The position numbers were made by a program, and so were the translations under genes. A stretch of DNA of 64,000 bases from a phage, in sequence record PX104379.1; one strand, given 5' to 3'. Positions 1-12,532 of the stretch are shown here, piece after piece; position 1 is the stretch's first letter; each line of letters opens with the position of its first letter. Below the pieces are notes generated by a model. That model ran no database searches. It was not told the origin of the DNA and was given only the letters and a program-made list of their open reading frames with translations.

Positions 1-79
1 TTTCCAAAGGCAAATAGTATCAATAGAACCTGCAATACCATTAGAAACATATTTACGTTCAAAGTTGATGTAGTTCATT
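1..79 (-). CDS. 5' end of a minus-strand gene running off the window start (N-terminus MNYINFERKYVSNGIAG...); hypothetical protein, partial
   Basis: Hand translation of the reverse strand from an ATG near 79 preceded by a GGAGA Shine-Dalgarno; ORF is open to the window edge. Confidence 0.3.
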
Positions 80-146
80 TTTATTCTCCGAGATGTTTAA
101 TTGCGGTACAGGTATATAATATCATATCCTGTACCAAAGTAAACAA

Positions 147-479
147 TTATTTTACTACTTTCCAGTGCTGCATGTCAAGTTTACCGACTTTTTTCATCTT
201 CTCAATTAAACGTTCGGCACGTTGGCGAGCTGTAACATAATACCATTCACCTAATTCATTTTGTTCAATTTTTCCAACGATTACTGTATTCAATTCATAA
301 ATCCAACCAGTAAAGAAATTATGAACTTGAATTGTAAAGGTGAAATCTGTTCCCATACCTTCTGTTGTTTCTACTTCAATAATATCACCTTCAACTGCCA
401 TTAAAAACCACATAGTTTCATCATATTTACCATTGAAGCATTTAGTTTTAACTGCAGCGTTCAGATTAATCGTTTTCAT
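147..479 (-). CDS. hypothetical early protein, 110 aa
   Basis: ORF track; AGGAGA Shine-Dalgarno before the ATG; early-type promoter immediately upstream. Confidence 0.6.
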   Translation of the reverse strand: MKTINLNAAVKTKCFNGKYDETMWFLMAVEGDIIEVETTEGMGTDFTFTIQVHNFFTGWIYELNTVIVGKIEQNELGEWYYVTARQRAERLIEKMKKVGKLDMQHWKVVK

Positions 480-504
480 TTTATTCTCCTTTGTTTGTGT
501 AAGA

Positions 505-545
505 TAATACTATCACAAAGGAACCATACTGTAAACAACTTTGTG
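505..545 (-). promoter_or_regulatory. T4 early-type promoter (GTTTAC -35, TA-rich -10) for ORF 147..479
   Basis: Minus-strand GTTTACA about 17 nt upstream of a TA-rich -10, then SD and ATG; approximate coordinates. Confidence 0.4.
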
Positions 546-559
546 CAATCTTTGGAAAA

Positions 560-585
560 TAAAAAAGGACTCCCGAAGGAGTCCT
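560..585 (-). terminator. rho-independent terminator, GGACUCC-UUCG-GGAGUCC stem-loop followed by U-run
   Basis: Plus strand aaaaaaggactcccgaaggagtcc; on the minus strand this is a UUCG-tetraloop hairpin plus U6, directly after the stop of ORF 590..808. Confidence 0.7.
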
Positions 586-589
586 CAAC

Positions 590-808
590 TTATGCTTTCT
601 GCTTACCAAAACGAGAAGCATCATCTCGAAGAACCGCACGTGCTCGGCGCATGATCTTCTCAACAGTTTGATTGATACGAGAGTTCGACCCACGCTTGTA
701 GCCAGCGCGTTTAGAATCACCAACTTTCTTTTCAACTGCTTTCTTTGCTTTAACTTGTTTTGCCATTATAAATTCTCTTTTAAATGAAAATGCAGGACTT
801 ATTGGCAT
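590..808 (-). CDS. small, highly basic hypothetical protein (likely start at internal MAKQVKAKK, about 766)
   Basis: ORF track; Lys/Arg-rich product; ends immediately before a strong terminator. Confidence 0.5.
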   Translation of the reverse strand: MPISPAFSFKREFIMAKQVKAKKAVEKKVGDSKRAGYKRGSNSRINQTVEKIMRRARAVLRDDASRFGKQKA

Positions 809-1011
809 TGCCTGCGCAAGCCCTCAAGGGGAACATAGGTTTTTGGATATTTAACGACCAGGATAACCATAAACCCGTCATCATTCACATTCAAGAGGTA
901 CACCATAAAACTGCCGGGGTCTTAAAACTATAATGATTCGCAAATCATTAATCAGACAGTTCGATGGCTCCTCGATTTTAGCTCACACTAAGGCAGTGAA
1001 TCTCCAATAAA

Positions 1012-1260
1012 TTACTTCAGTGTTACCACAAAGTGACGAACTGCTTTTCGTGCAGCAGAAGCCAAAGGCTTAGCATATTTAAGTTCATCTTTTTCCTGAA
1101 GCTCAGCAGCTAATGCAGTTTGAGCAGGATTCAGATGTTTGAAATAACGCAGGATTTCAAGAGCTTCGGCTTCAACATCAATAGATGCGCCATAGTTTTC
1201 GTGACCATTATTCCATGCGTTTCGTTGCAGTTCAAGAGCGTGTTGTAATTGTTTAATCAT
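1012..1260 (-). CDS. rIII: rIII lysis-inhibition accessory protein, 82 aa
   Basis: 82 aa product recognised as T4 RIII (MIKQLQHALELQRNAWNNGHENYGASIDVEAEALEILRYF...); position between gene 31 and the 30.x genes as in T4. Confidence 0.85.
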   Translation of the reverse strand: MIKQLQHALELQRNAWNNGHENYGASIDVEAEALEILRYFKHLNPAQTALAAELQEKDELKYAKPLASAARKAVRHFVVTLK

Positions 1261-1399
1261 TTAAAAATTCTCGTTAGAGATTAAAACTCGGTAGTCACGT
1301 TCTTCTGAATTTCATCTTCTTTCGACAGATCTCTCAGTTGTAGACTACCACATAGAATTGTTCGGTTAACTTATTATTCCGACACCCAATTCATATTAT

Positions 1400-1407
1400 T
1401 ATTTATA
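1400..1407 (-). promoter_or_regulatory. T4 late promoter core TATAAATA upstream of rIII
   Basis: Exact TATAAATA on the minus strand (plus-strand tatttata), about 140 nt upstream of the rIII ATG. Confidence 0.4.
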
Positions 1408-1743
1408 TCACTTATAAAGACACGGAATAGCTTTATAATGACAGGTAACGAATTTTTGTTTAATTTCTTTTGGCTGCTTAAGACCCAGAGCTACAAAAGG
1501 ATGCGGAACGTTTCGAATTTGACCAACTGGAAGAGAAGTCAAATCACCAACTTCACAAAAACCTTCAGGAACATCAGGACCGACAGAGTGAATTACACAC
1601 AGTTCAGGAACTTCACCTTGGACACGTTTACCGATAATAAGTCCTGATTCTGTAACTTCTTCATCACCGGCTTGTGCAGGTTCAGAAACTAAAATAACAT
1701 ATTCACCGACAGCACGAATTGGTAGCTGTTGTACTTCAGACAT
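1408..1743 (-). CDS. 31: gp31 co-chaperonin (GroES-like, capsid folding), 111 aa
   Basis: 111 aa, same length as T4 gp31; sequence recognised; adjacent to cd and rIII as in T4. Confidence 0.85.
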   Translation of the reverse strand: MSEVQQLPIRAVGEYVILVSEPAQAGDEEVTESGLIIGKRVQGEVPELCVIHSVGPDVPEGFCEVGDLTSLPVGQIRNVPHPFVALGLKQPKEIKQKFVTCHYKAIPCLYK

Positions 1744-1769
1744 CGTTTTTCCTTTTTGTTAACAGATGA

Positions 1770-1802
1770 ATTAATAATAACAAATAATTCTTAAAGCATT
1801 TA
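1770..1802 (-). promoter_or_regulatory. MotA-dependent middle promoter for gene 31 (MotA box TGCTTTA 12 nt upstream of -10 TATTAT)
   Basis: Minus strand reads aaaTGCTTTAagaattatttgtTATTAT; spacing matches the MotA-box rule (11-13 bp). Confidence 0.55.
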
Positions 1803-2108
1803 TTTACCAATAAATTGGAGTAAATGCTCAACTTTCATACCATTAACGGAAATCAATTTGTCAATAGAAAAACCTCGCCATGCGCCAAGTTCAACATCAA
1901 ATACTGGAATCATGTCAGTAGATTCTTTCCGAGTAGATTCAGTCAATTTACCAGTTTGCATGGTTGGCATAAAGTCTGCATCACGAGTACCTTTCATAGT
2001 ACGAATAGTACCATCAGACTTTTCAAAAACTACGTTTGAAACACCCATGGACAATTTAGTTTTCAAAATTTCGCGAATTGCTACTTTCTGCTCAGTTGTC
2101 AGTTTCAT
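1800..2108 (-). CDS. hypothetical protein, 102 aa
   Basis: ORF track; co-oriented and tightly packed between 31 and cd. Confidence 0.6.
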   Translation of the reverse strand: MKLTTEQKVAIREILKTKLSMGVSNVVFEKSDGTIRTMKGTRDADFMPTMQTGKLTESTRKESTDMIPVFDVELGAWRGFSIDKLISVNGMKVEHLLQFIGK

Positions 2109-2345
2109 TTATTTACCTATCACAGTTTTAATATGAGTTGTTCCACGTTCTTTAAGGGTGGAAAGTAATTTTTGGCATTTTTCTAAATCAGATTTCCAAC
2201 TATATGGTCTATCAATACTAGTCCAATCAGTTTTATAATACTGTTTCCATTTAGAGAAAAAATATTTCTTATACTCTACAGCAAATGAGATGTTCTCGTT
2301 AGAATAAGAACTAATTGCTGTGAGCTTTACCAAACGAAATTTCAT
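2109..2345 (-). CDS. hypothetical protein, 78 aa
   Basis: ORF track; stop/start abuts neighbouring genes. Confidence 0.55.
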   Translation of the reverse strand: MKFRLVKLTAISSYSNENISFAVEYKKYFFSKWKQYYKTDWTSIDRPYSWKSDLEKCQKLLSTLKERGTTHIKTVIGK

Positions 2346-2926
2346 TATTCACCACAGAATTCGTTGATATTTTCCCAGTTTAACTTATTCAAGTTTTTCT
2401 TAGGAACATTAAACACTTCAATACCTGCATTTCGCAGAATATCATCCCAGCCAGGTTTATTTTTATCGTATGTTTCGCAATAAACCAGCTTTTTAATACC
2501 AGATTGAGCTATCGCTTTTGCACAATCTGGACAAGGAGAAAGTGTTACATACATAGTAGCACCTTCAATAGAAGAACCATTTCGTGCAGCAAACAAAATT
2601 GCATTTAGTTCAGCATGAATTTCATTTTTAGACGACCATTCAGAGTGAGCGCTACGGTGTTCTTTCGCCAAGACAAAGCGATCAGTTGAACCAAATGATA
2701 CGCATTCAGGCTTATGGCCTTGGATGATAGTATGTTTAGGTTTATTCAGCAACCAACCTTGCTCAGCGGCATAATCACAACAGTTCACACCTCCTGCGGG
2801 TGAACCATTATACCCAGTAGAAATAATACGTCCATTCTTTTCAATTACTGCTCCTACCTTCCAGGAGCAACATTTTGATTCTTGTGATACTAAATATGCA
2901 ATTTGAAGTACTGTACTCGCTTTCAT
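2345..2926 (-). CDS. cd: dCMP deaminase, 193 aa
   Basis: Cytidine/dCMP deaminase zinc motifs (HAELNAI ... PCPDCAKAI); 193 aa as T4 Cd. Confidence 0.9.
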   Translation of the reverse strand: MKASTVLQIAYLVSQESKCCSWKVGAVIEKNGRIISTGYNGSPAGGVNCCDYAAEQGWLLNKPKHTIIQGHKPECVSFGSTDRFVLAKEHRSAHSEWSSKNEIHAELNAILFAARNGSSIEGATMYVTLSPCPDCAKAIAQSGIKKLVYCETYDKNKPGWDDILRNAGIEVFNVPKKNLNKLNWENINEFCGE

Positions 2927-3261
2927 TTCATAATCACCAGATAAGCAGATTTAGCAGTTTCAACACGATAAATTTCATGACGAAGTTTAGTTATACTTTT
3001 AATAACAGAACTAATTATATTCTGTCCGTCTTTAAAGCGGTTTTTCTTATCAATAAAAATTGCGCCAACCATCTTTTTGTGAAGCTCAACTGGATACTTC
3101 GTCACAATAATAGCATCATATACAGAAGGATGAATACTATTTACTAGAGTGTCATTCATTAAAGTTATTCTAATGAACTGTGCTGTTTCAGAGTCAAGCG
3201 CTCTATGATCGCCAGTATCATTTTCAAGACAATTATCAATTATATCAGTTAAATTCATCAT
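2923..3261 (-). CDS. hypothetical protein, 112 aa
   Basis: ORF track; overlapping stop/start with neighbours. Confidence 0.55.
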   Translation of the reverse strand: MMNLTDIIDNCLENDTGDHRALDSETAQFIRITLMNDTLVNSIHPSVYDAIIVTKYPVELHKKMVGAIFIDKKNRFKDGQNIISSVIKSITKLRHEIYRVETAKSAYLVIMK

Positions 3262-3593
3262 AGTACGCCATACACCCTTTGTGCTTCAACTAATCCATCA
3301 AAATCCAGTTTAAGATGCGATATTTGATCGCCATCGCCTGGATTCACAATTACTAATACTGAACGAGGAGTTTCGGTAATAACACGAACCGATGTTTCAG
3401 GAAATCGTTCAGAAACCTTATTTACCAATTCCTGAGCAAATAGTTTAACTTTTTCTTGGAATTCTTTAACAGTAATTGGTTTTTCACTTAGCAGCATTTT
3501 GTTTTCCTCATTTGTTTGGTAGAGCCATAATATCACAACTCTACCGTAAAGTAAACTATTAAATCGCTTTGAATTCCGCAGTTTGAGATTCAA
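3258..3593 (-). CDS. hypothetical protein, 111 aa
   Basis: ORF track. Confidence 0.55.
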   Translation of the reverse strand: MNLKLRNSKRFNSLLYGRVVILWLYQTNEENKMLLSEKPITVKEFQEKVKLFAQELVNKVSERFPETSVRVITETPRSVLVIVNPGDGDQISHLKLDFDGLVEAQRVYGVL

Positions 3594-3834
3594 AGCGAAT
3601 GTCGCCTTTGATAACTAACTCAGCATCAAGACCGAATACGACAATGATATGCGCGGAACCTGGATACAGCGTAATGGCAACAGAATCCACCTGGTCTGGA
3701 AGCAAAGTGTTTAATACATGAGTCACTTGAGCATGGATTCGAAGTTCGGCTGCGTTATCAAGCTTTTCAAACATATTATTAGCGATAATTTGGCTAAACA
3801 CTACTTCTACGATTTTAGAGTAAGTCGGAAACAT
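3559..3834 (-). CDS. hypothetical protein, 91 aa
   Basis: ORF track. Confidence 0.5.
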   Translation of the reverse strand: MFPTYSKIVEVVFSQIIANNMFEKLDNAAELRIHAQVTHVLNTLLPDQVDSVAITLYPGSAHIIVVFGLDAELVIKGDIRFESQTAEFKAI

Positions 3835-3836
3835 AT

Positions 3837-4037
3837 TTACCTCGCATAATTTTCTTCAAGCCAATCAATAACATCCAACACATTATCAAAAGTTGAACCA
3901 TCTACTCTGTCTTCTGTTTCATAATCAAGAACATCTAAGCCTACTCTTCCATCAACAATAGGCCATAAACAAAATAGATATTTCTTTTCTTTTTCAATTT
4001 TATCACAAAGACGATAAATCTTTTCTATGTTATTCAT
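3837..4037 (-). CDS. hypothetical protein, 66 aa
   Basis: ORF track. Confidence 0.5.
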   Translation of the reverse strand: MNNIEKIYRLCDKIEKEKKYLFCLWPIVDGRVGLDVLDYETEDRVDGSTFDNVLDVIDWLEENYAR

Positions 4038-4226
4038 AAGTTTTCCATGGTAAAGGCAGTTTAGTTTTCTTTACTGTTAGTTCAACATCAGGATTCTTTT
4101 CTCTTAATTTAAGGCATTCCTCCCAAGCTCTGATTTCACTAGTGAATACACAAAATTGCCCATTACTAGTACCGACTAAACCACTATTTACAATAATAAT
4201 AGCCCAAGTTTCATGGTGCAAAGCCA

Positions 4227-4227
<1 letters not shown>
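4030..4227 (-). CDS. hypothetical protein, 65 aa
   Basis: ORF track. Confidence 0.5.
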
Positions 4228-5430
<1,203 letters not shown>

Positions 5431-5434
<4 letters not shown>

Positions 5435-5661
5435 TTATTTTTCTCAACCAATGATTGAATATAATCATGCAGGTCTTTAGATGCTTTGCCCCACTTATTT
5501 TGATATTCATTTTTGAGATTAGCACGTGATTGAGCTAATAAAACATCATTAGTTGGAGGTAAAGATTCTAATCGTTGAATCTGTCGTCCATAAATCATTG
5601 CAGCCATCTCGGATTCATAAATCAGTCCTTTGAGATGTTCAAATTGATGCCATGAAATCAT
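5431..5661 (-). CDS. hypothetical protein, 76 aa
   Basis: ORF track. Confidence 0.5.
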
Positions 5662-5957
5662 TTACATTTATCCTCTTTTAACTCTTGACGATAATAACAT
5701 ATCATAGTTTTCTGGTCATGTACATATCGTTTTACATCATTAAGCCAAATACGAAATTCCTGAGAATCTTCAAATGGCATACCGACCCAAGCTTTACCAT
5801 CGATAACTTTAACTTGCCAAGATAGTTTAGCTTCGTCATATGACTTTATTTGTACAGGCCAATTAGGATGAACTGTTTCTTTCTTTACTTCTAGAGGCTT
5901 TGTCGAACAACCAACTAGAAGACCAATAGATAATATTACTGCTGATAGTTTAATCAT
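5658..5957 (-). CDS. putative lipoprotein, 99 aa
   Basis: N-terminal signal with lipobox-like LLVGC. Confidence 0.55.
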   Translation of the reverse strand: MIKLSAVILSIGLLVGCSTKPLEVKKETVHPNWPVQIKSYDEAKLSWQVKVIDGKAWVGMPFEDSQEFRIWLNDVKRYVHDQKTMICYYRQELKEDKCK

Positions 5958-6307
5958 TTAGAAAGGTCCTGGATGTCTTCTGCGAACTTGTTGAAGGAGT
6001 TGTTGATTTGTTTTTCAACCAATCCTGGCTTATGAGCCACCACATCCGCCTTCTTTGCGTCTTTGCGCAGTTTTTCATTTTCACGCTCAATAGCAGCAAT
6101 CGCCTCACGATTTTTAGTATTCATCGCATCAATATAATTATACTGAATTCGCAAATTATTTAATGCTAAGGCGTTTTCATTGGCCGTTTTTGTAATTTCT
6201 ACAACAGACGTTTCTAATCTTTCAATTTTATTTTTTAAAATTAAAGAAGTTCCGCCCAATGCAATTACAATTAATAACAAGCCTGCTGTCGTATTACTTA
6301 ATTGCAT
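5954..6307 (-). CDS. membrane-anchored coiled-coil protein, 117 aa
   Basis: N-terminal hydrophobic helix followed by a charged helical region. Confidence 0.55.
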   Translation of the reverse strand: MQLSNTTAGLLLIVIALGGTSLILKNKIERLETSVVEITKTANENALALNNLRIQYNYIDAMNTKNREAIAAIERENEKLRKDAKKADVVAHKPGLVEKQINNSFNKFAEDIQDLSK

Positions 6308-6804
6308 AAAGTTTTAATAACCTCTATAATATCGTCTTGAGAAAGACCGTTAATTAAAATATGATGTTCCGCCGGAGATTTAGAAATTTTAAAGCATGCC
6401 GCAACATCTTCTGCCATATCCGATGCGCTACGATTTGGATTACTAATTCCAAGACGATGTTTTCCCGTTAAAGGATTAACGATAATATAGCATTTACAGC
6501 TATTGATATGAACATTAGGTTGAGTCTGATTAATGAACACTTCACAATCATACTTAGCGAGTTGATTTTCTAAAAAGACTTTCATCTCTTCAACCGCATC
6601 AGGAAGCATATCACGGGCTTGCTCAAGACGACGATTTCGATATTCTTTAATGGTCGTTTTCCGCTTGACTTGCTTAGCTAAATCTTTCTTAAGATCGGTG
6701 ATATATCCAACTCGACGATTTCCTTTGAATACAGAAATCCCATCTGTAGTATCACCGTATGCTTCAACGACCATTTCAGTAGTAATAAGCTGCAAATCCA
6801 TCAT
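6298..6804 (-). CDS. alc: Alc-like protein (blocks transcription of cytosine-containing DNA); assignment by size and position
   Basis: 168 aa ORF between pseT and gene 63, where T4 carries alc (167 aa); sequence not independently recognised. Confidence 0.55.
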   Translation of the reverse strand: MMDLQLITTEMVVEAYGDTTDGISVFKGNRRVGYITDLKKDLAKQVKRKTTIKEYRNRRLEQARDMLPDAVEEMKVFLENQLAKYDCEVFINQTQPNVHINSCKCYIIVNPLTGKHRLGISNPNRSASDMAEDVAACFKISKSPAEHHILINGLSQDDIIEVIKTLCN

Positions 6805-6829
6805 AAAGTCCTCATGTTATGTCAGTAAG

Positions 6830-8453
<1,624 letters not shown>

Positions 8454-8480
8454 AATAAAATGGGCCTTGCGGCCCACTCC

Positions 8481-9659
8481 TTAAAAGTATTTTTTAAAAC
8501 TCATCATAACTTTATCATCAACATCATTATCAATCTGTGCAACAAGATAAGATGACAGTTCTACTTCTTGTGGCGCGGATTGAACATTATCAGAATTAAG
8601 ATATTCACGAATCCAAGGATATGGGTGTTTAACCGGAGCATCGGTAATTGGGCATGGAAGACCACACTGTTTCATACGAGATACAGTTAAGTAATCAATA
8701 AAGCTCCACATGCTATTTGTATTTAATCCAGGAACATCACCATCTTTAAATAAATGAACTGCCCAATCTTTTTCTTGGCGGTTAACTTCCATGAAAATAT
8801 CAACTGCTTCTTGTTCACACTCTTGAGCAATTTTAACCCATTCATCGCCATCAGTGCCAAGTTGAAGTTGACGAATAATATATTGGGTGCCTTTAAGGTG
8901 AAGCTGCTCATCACGTGCAATGAACTTCATAATCTTGGCATTACCTTCCATGATTTCCATGTTCTTATGGAAGTTAAAGGTACATGCAAAAGATACATAA
9001 AAACGAATAGCTTCCAATGCGTTGATTACATGCAAACAGAGGTAAAGAGATTTCATTAGCTCACGCTTCCAATATGTCTCATGCTCAATAGCATCTTCAA
9101 TAACGTCTTCGTCTGCATTAATTTCTTTTTGGTATTCGATATCAGCTTTAGCGTTTTCCCAATAACGAGTTTTAATCAGAACATCATCATAATAACGTCC
9201 AATGGATTCAGCACGTTTCATAATAGCTTCATCTAATACAATTTCATCAAATACCTTCGATGGATCAGTATAAAGATTTCGCATGATATGTGTATATGAA
9301 CGACTGTGAATAGTTTCACTAAAAGTCCATGTAGCAACCCATGTATCAAGACTTGGGTCTGAAATTAACGACATAAGTACAGCAGACGGTGCACGACCCT
9401 GAATGCTATCTAGAAGTGATTGATACTTCAGGTTATTAGTAAAAATATCTTGCTGATATTGAGGAAGCTTGTTAAATTGCGCAGCATCCATCATTAAGTT
9501 TACTTCTTCAGGACGCCAGAAAAATGACAACTGCTTTTCGGTTAAATCTTCAAAAACTTTATGACGTTGAATATCATAACGCGCAATACCAAGACCTGAA
9601 CCAAAAAACATAGGTTCTTTTAAAACATCAACTGGATTTGTATTAAAAACTGTGCTCAT
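8481..9659 (-). CDS. nrdB: ribonucleotide reductase small (beta) subunit, uninterrupted
   Basis: 392 aa contiguous ORF recognised as class I RNR small subunit; directly downstream of nrdA. Confidence 0.9.
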   Translation of the reverse strand: MSTVFNTNPVDVLKEPMFFGSGLGIARYDIQRHKVFEDLTEKQLSFFWRPEEVNLMMDAAQFNKLPQYQQDIFTNNLKYQSLLDSIQGRAPSAVLMSLISDPSLDTWVATWTFSETIHSRSYTHIMRNLYTDPSKVFDEIVLDEAIMKRAESIGRYYDDVLIKTRYWENAKADIEYQKEINADEDVIEDAIEHETYWKRELMKSLYLCLHVINALEAIRFYVSFACTFNFHKNMEIMEGNAKIMKFIARDEQLHLKGTQYIIRQLQLGTDGDEWVKIAQECEQEAVDIFMEVNRQEKDWAVHLFKDGDVPGLNTNSMWSFIDYLTVSRMKQCGLPCPITDAPVKHPYPWIREYLNSDNVQSAPQEVELSSYLVAQIDNDVDDKVMMSFKKYF

Positions 9660-9710
9660 AAATTTTCCGCTTAGTTAATAGTTGGTGACTCGTCCGTGAG
9701 TCAAATTATA

Positions 9711-11975
9711 TCATAATTTACAGGATGAACAATCTTCAGCTTTTGGAGTTTCTATTTCATAATCATCAGTACCAGAACCATCACGGGTATTATGATAATA
9801 GAAATTTTTTCCGCCAAAATACCAAAAATACAAAAGGTCATCAATCATTATTGACATTGGAACCTTGCCTTTAGGGAAGATTTGGGGGTCATAGTATGTA
9901 TTCGCCGAAGCTGATTGACAAACCCATTTCAGCATAATAGCTACCTGCGTAAGATAAGGTTTATTACCTTTCTTAGCTAATTTCCATGTATAGTCGTAAA
10001 GGTCTATGTTATGCTCAATATTGGGCACGACCTGATTAAAGGAGCCCTCTTTTGATTCTTTAACAGAGACTGGTCCACGTGGAGGCTCGATACCGTTTGT
10101 ACTGTTAGAAACTTGGGAAGATGACTCACATGGCATAAGTGCTGATAATGTACTATTACGGATGCCAAAGAGCTTAAGGTCTTCCCGCAGCGCCGACCAG
10201 TCACAAACGTATTTTGGAGCTGCGATTTGGTCAATCTTTTTATTGTACCAGTCGATAGGTAATTCGCCTCGAGACCAACGAGTGTCTGAATAATATTCGC
10301 AAGGTCCTTTTTCTTTGGCGAGCTTAATGGATGCTTTAATGAGTCCATACTGTAATCTCTCAAATAGTTCATGTGTTAAATCGTTAGCATCTTCATAAGA
10401 AGCAAAGTTACTTGCCAGCCAAGCTGCATAGTTAGTAACACCTACACCAAGGTTTCGACGCTTTTTAGCTTTTTCTGCTTCAGGAACTGGATATCCTTGG
10501 TAATCCAAAAGATTATCAAGAGCACGAACTTGAACTTCTGCCAATTCATTAATTTTATCTTGGTCTTGCCAATCGAAGTTATCCAGCACAAATGCAGATA
10601 ACGTGCACAATCCAATTTCAGCATCGGGGCTATTCACATCATTTGTTGGAATAGCAATTTCACAGCACAAGTTACTCTGACGAATAGGTGCCTTTTCACG
10701 AATAAATGGAGTATAGTTATTCGTATTATCAATGAACTGTACATAAATCCTTGCTGTTCCTGAACGTTCAGTCATGAGCAATTCAAATAGTTCACGGGCT
10801 TTAATACGCTTTTTACGAATATTAGGGTCTTTTTCTGCTGCTTCGTATAATTCACGGAAACGGTCTTGGTCTTTAAAATAAGAATAATAAAGCTCGCCAC
10901 CCATTTCATGCGGACTGAACAAAGTAATGTAGTCGTTCTTTCCAAAACGTTCCATCATCAAATCATTCAGTTGGACGCCATAATCCATATGACGGATACG
11001 GTTTTCTTCTACACCTTTGTTATTTTTCAAAACGAGAAGATTTTCAACTTCCAAATGCCAAATAGGATAATAAGCAGTAGCAGCGCCGCCACGAATTCCA
11101 CCCTGTGAACATGATTTAACTGCAGTCTGAAAATGTTTCCAAAAAGGAATAACACCGGTATGGCGTACTTCACCCATGCCAATCTTAGAACCTTCGGCAC
11201 GAATCATACCAACGTTAATACCAATTCCAGCACGTTTGGAGATATATTCAACAATTGAAGCGGAAGCCTTGTTGATAGACTTTAATGAATCACCTGCCTC
11301 AATAACAACGCATGAACTAAACTGTCTAGTCGGAGTACGACAACCAGCCATAATAGGAGTTGGCAGTGAAATCTGTCGAGTAGATACTGCTTCATAAAAA
11401 CGGATAACATGTTTTAATCTATCAACAGGTTCATCTTGATGCAGTGCCATTCCAATAGCCATAAATGCAAACTGTGGAGTTTCATAAATTTGACCAGTGG
11501 TTTTATCTTTAACTAGATATTTTTCTTTTAATTGCATCGCCCCGGAATAAGTAAATTCCATATCCCGCTCGTGCTTAATTTTTGATTCTAAAAATGTAAT
11601 TTCTTCTGCTGAATATTTTGACAATAATTCAGGGTCATATTTACCTGCATTTACACAATAAGAAATATGGTCAATAAATGAACGCGGTTCATACTGCCCA
11701 TAAACATGCTTACGAAGAGCAAACATTAAACAACGTGCAGCTACATATTGGTAATCAGGCTCTTCAACCGAAATAGAATTCGCAGCGGCCTTAATGACAA
11801 TAGTCTGAATATCATCAGTTGTCATTCCATCACGGAGATAAGATTTAATATTTTCATATAATTCATAAGGATCTACTGATGTTCCCTCAGCTGCCCAAGA
11901 TAAAACTTTAATAATTTTTTGTGGGTCAAAGCTCTGAGAAACACCACTACTTTTGATAACATTAATTAATTGCAT
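9711..11975 (-). CDS. nrdA: ribonucleotide reductase large (alpha) subunit, 754 aa
   Basis: 754 aa, same length as T4 NrdA; recognised as class I RNR large subunit. Confidence 0.9.
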   Translation of the reverse strand: MQLINVIKSSGVSQSFDPQKIIKVLSWAAEGTSVDPYELYENIKSYLRDGMTTDDIQTIVIKAAANSISVEEPDYQYVAARCLMFALRKHVYGQYEPRSFIDHISYCVNAGKYDPELLSKYSAEEITFLESKIKHERDMEFTYSGAMQLKEKYLVKDKTTGQIYETPQFAFMAIGMALHQDEPVDRLKHVIRFYEAVSTRQISLPTPIMAGCRTPTRQFSSCVVIEAGDSLKSINKASASIVEYISKRAGIGINVGMIRAEGSKIGMGEVRHTGVIPFWKHFQTAVKSCSQGGIRGGAATAYYPIWHLEVENLLVLKNNKGVEENRIRHMDYGVQLNDLMMERFGKNDYITLFSPHEMGGELYYSYFKDQDRFRELYEAAEKDPNIRKKRIKARELFELLMTERSGTARIYVQFIDNTNNYTPFIREKAPIRQSNLCCEIAIPTNDVNSPDAEIGLCTLSAFVLDNFDWQDQDKINELAEVQVRALDNLLDYQGYPVPEAEKAKKRRNLGVGVTNYAAWLASNFASYEDANDLTHELFERLQYGLIKASIKLAKEKGPCEYYSDTRWSRGELPIDWYNKKIDQIAAPKYVCDWSALREDLKLFGIRNSTLSALMPCESSSQVSNSTNGIEPPRGPVSVKESKEGSFNQVVPNIEHNIDLYDYTWKLAKKGNKPYLTQVAIMLKWVCQSASANTYYDPQIFPKGKVPMSIMIDDLLYFWYFGGKNFYYHNTRDGSGTDDYEIETPKAEDCSSCKL

Positions 11976-12292
11976 AAGTCCTCAACTTGAAAATCGTCTT
12001 TAAACAATCGGTTAACTATATGAGCTATTATATCACCATGACACGGCTTTGGTTTACATGTGCATCCTAGCCTCATTCCACGTAAAGGCTCTAAATGTGC
12101 TTTAGTTATTTCTCCGGATTTAATTCGACGTATAAAATCTTTTTTGAATAATTCAATGGCAGCCTCCCGGCTGCCAGCATCTTTACCGATGTAATTTCCC
12201 CAAAATGTACCACGGTGAATATTAACATCAAAGTCGGATTTATATTTATTCACTACCCGACATAGACGGCCCGGTTGGTAATAATTCTTCAT
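11966..12292 (-). CDS. hypothetical protein, 108 aa, Cys/His-containing
   Basis: ORF track; motif GTFWGNYIG ... [11 protein letters not shown]. Confidence 0.6.
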   Translation of the reverse strand: MKNYYQPGRLCRVVNKYKSDFDVNIHRGTFWGNYIGKDAGSREAAIELFKKDFIRRIKSGEITKAHLEPLRGMRLGCTCKPKPCHGDIIAHIVNRLFKDDFQVEDLCN

Positions 12293-12521
12293 ATTGTTTT
12301 TCCGTTAATACAGTAATATCATAGTAACAATCGGAAGAAGTTTTAACTGTGGAAATTTTATTATCAAAATACTCACGATTCATTTTATGAGTATAATATT
12401 TTTTACCATAAATGATAATAGGCTGTTCTGGTCCTGGAACTTCTAACTCACTTGGATTAGGAAGTGTAAAAAGAACGACACCAGAAGTATCCTTAAATCG
12501 TAAAATCATATATCCTCTCAA
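12246..12521 (-). CDS. hypothetical protein, 91 aa
   Basis: ORF track. Confidence 0.5.
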   Translation of the reverse strand: MRGYMILRFKDTSGVVLFTLPNPSELEVPGPEQPIIIYGKKYYTHKMNREYFDNKISTVKTSSDCYYDITVLTEKQYEELLPTGPSMSGSE

Positions 12522-12532
12522 TTAAATTAAAA

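Noticed and set aside
481-735. 84 aa minus-strand ORF from the six-frame track
   Set aside because: It overlaps ORF 590..808 in another frame and reads through the strong terminator hairpin at 560..585; 590..808 ends cleanly before the terminator.
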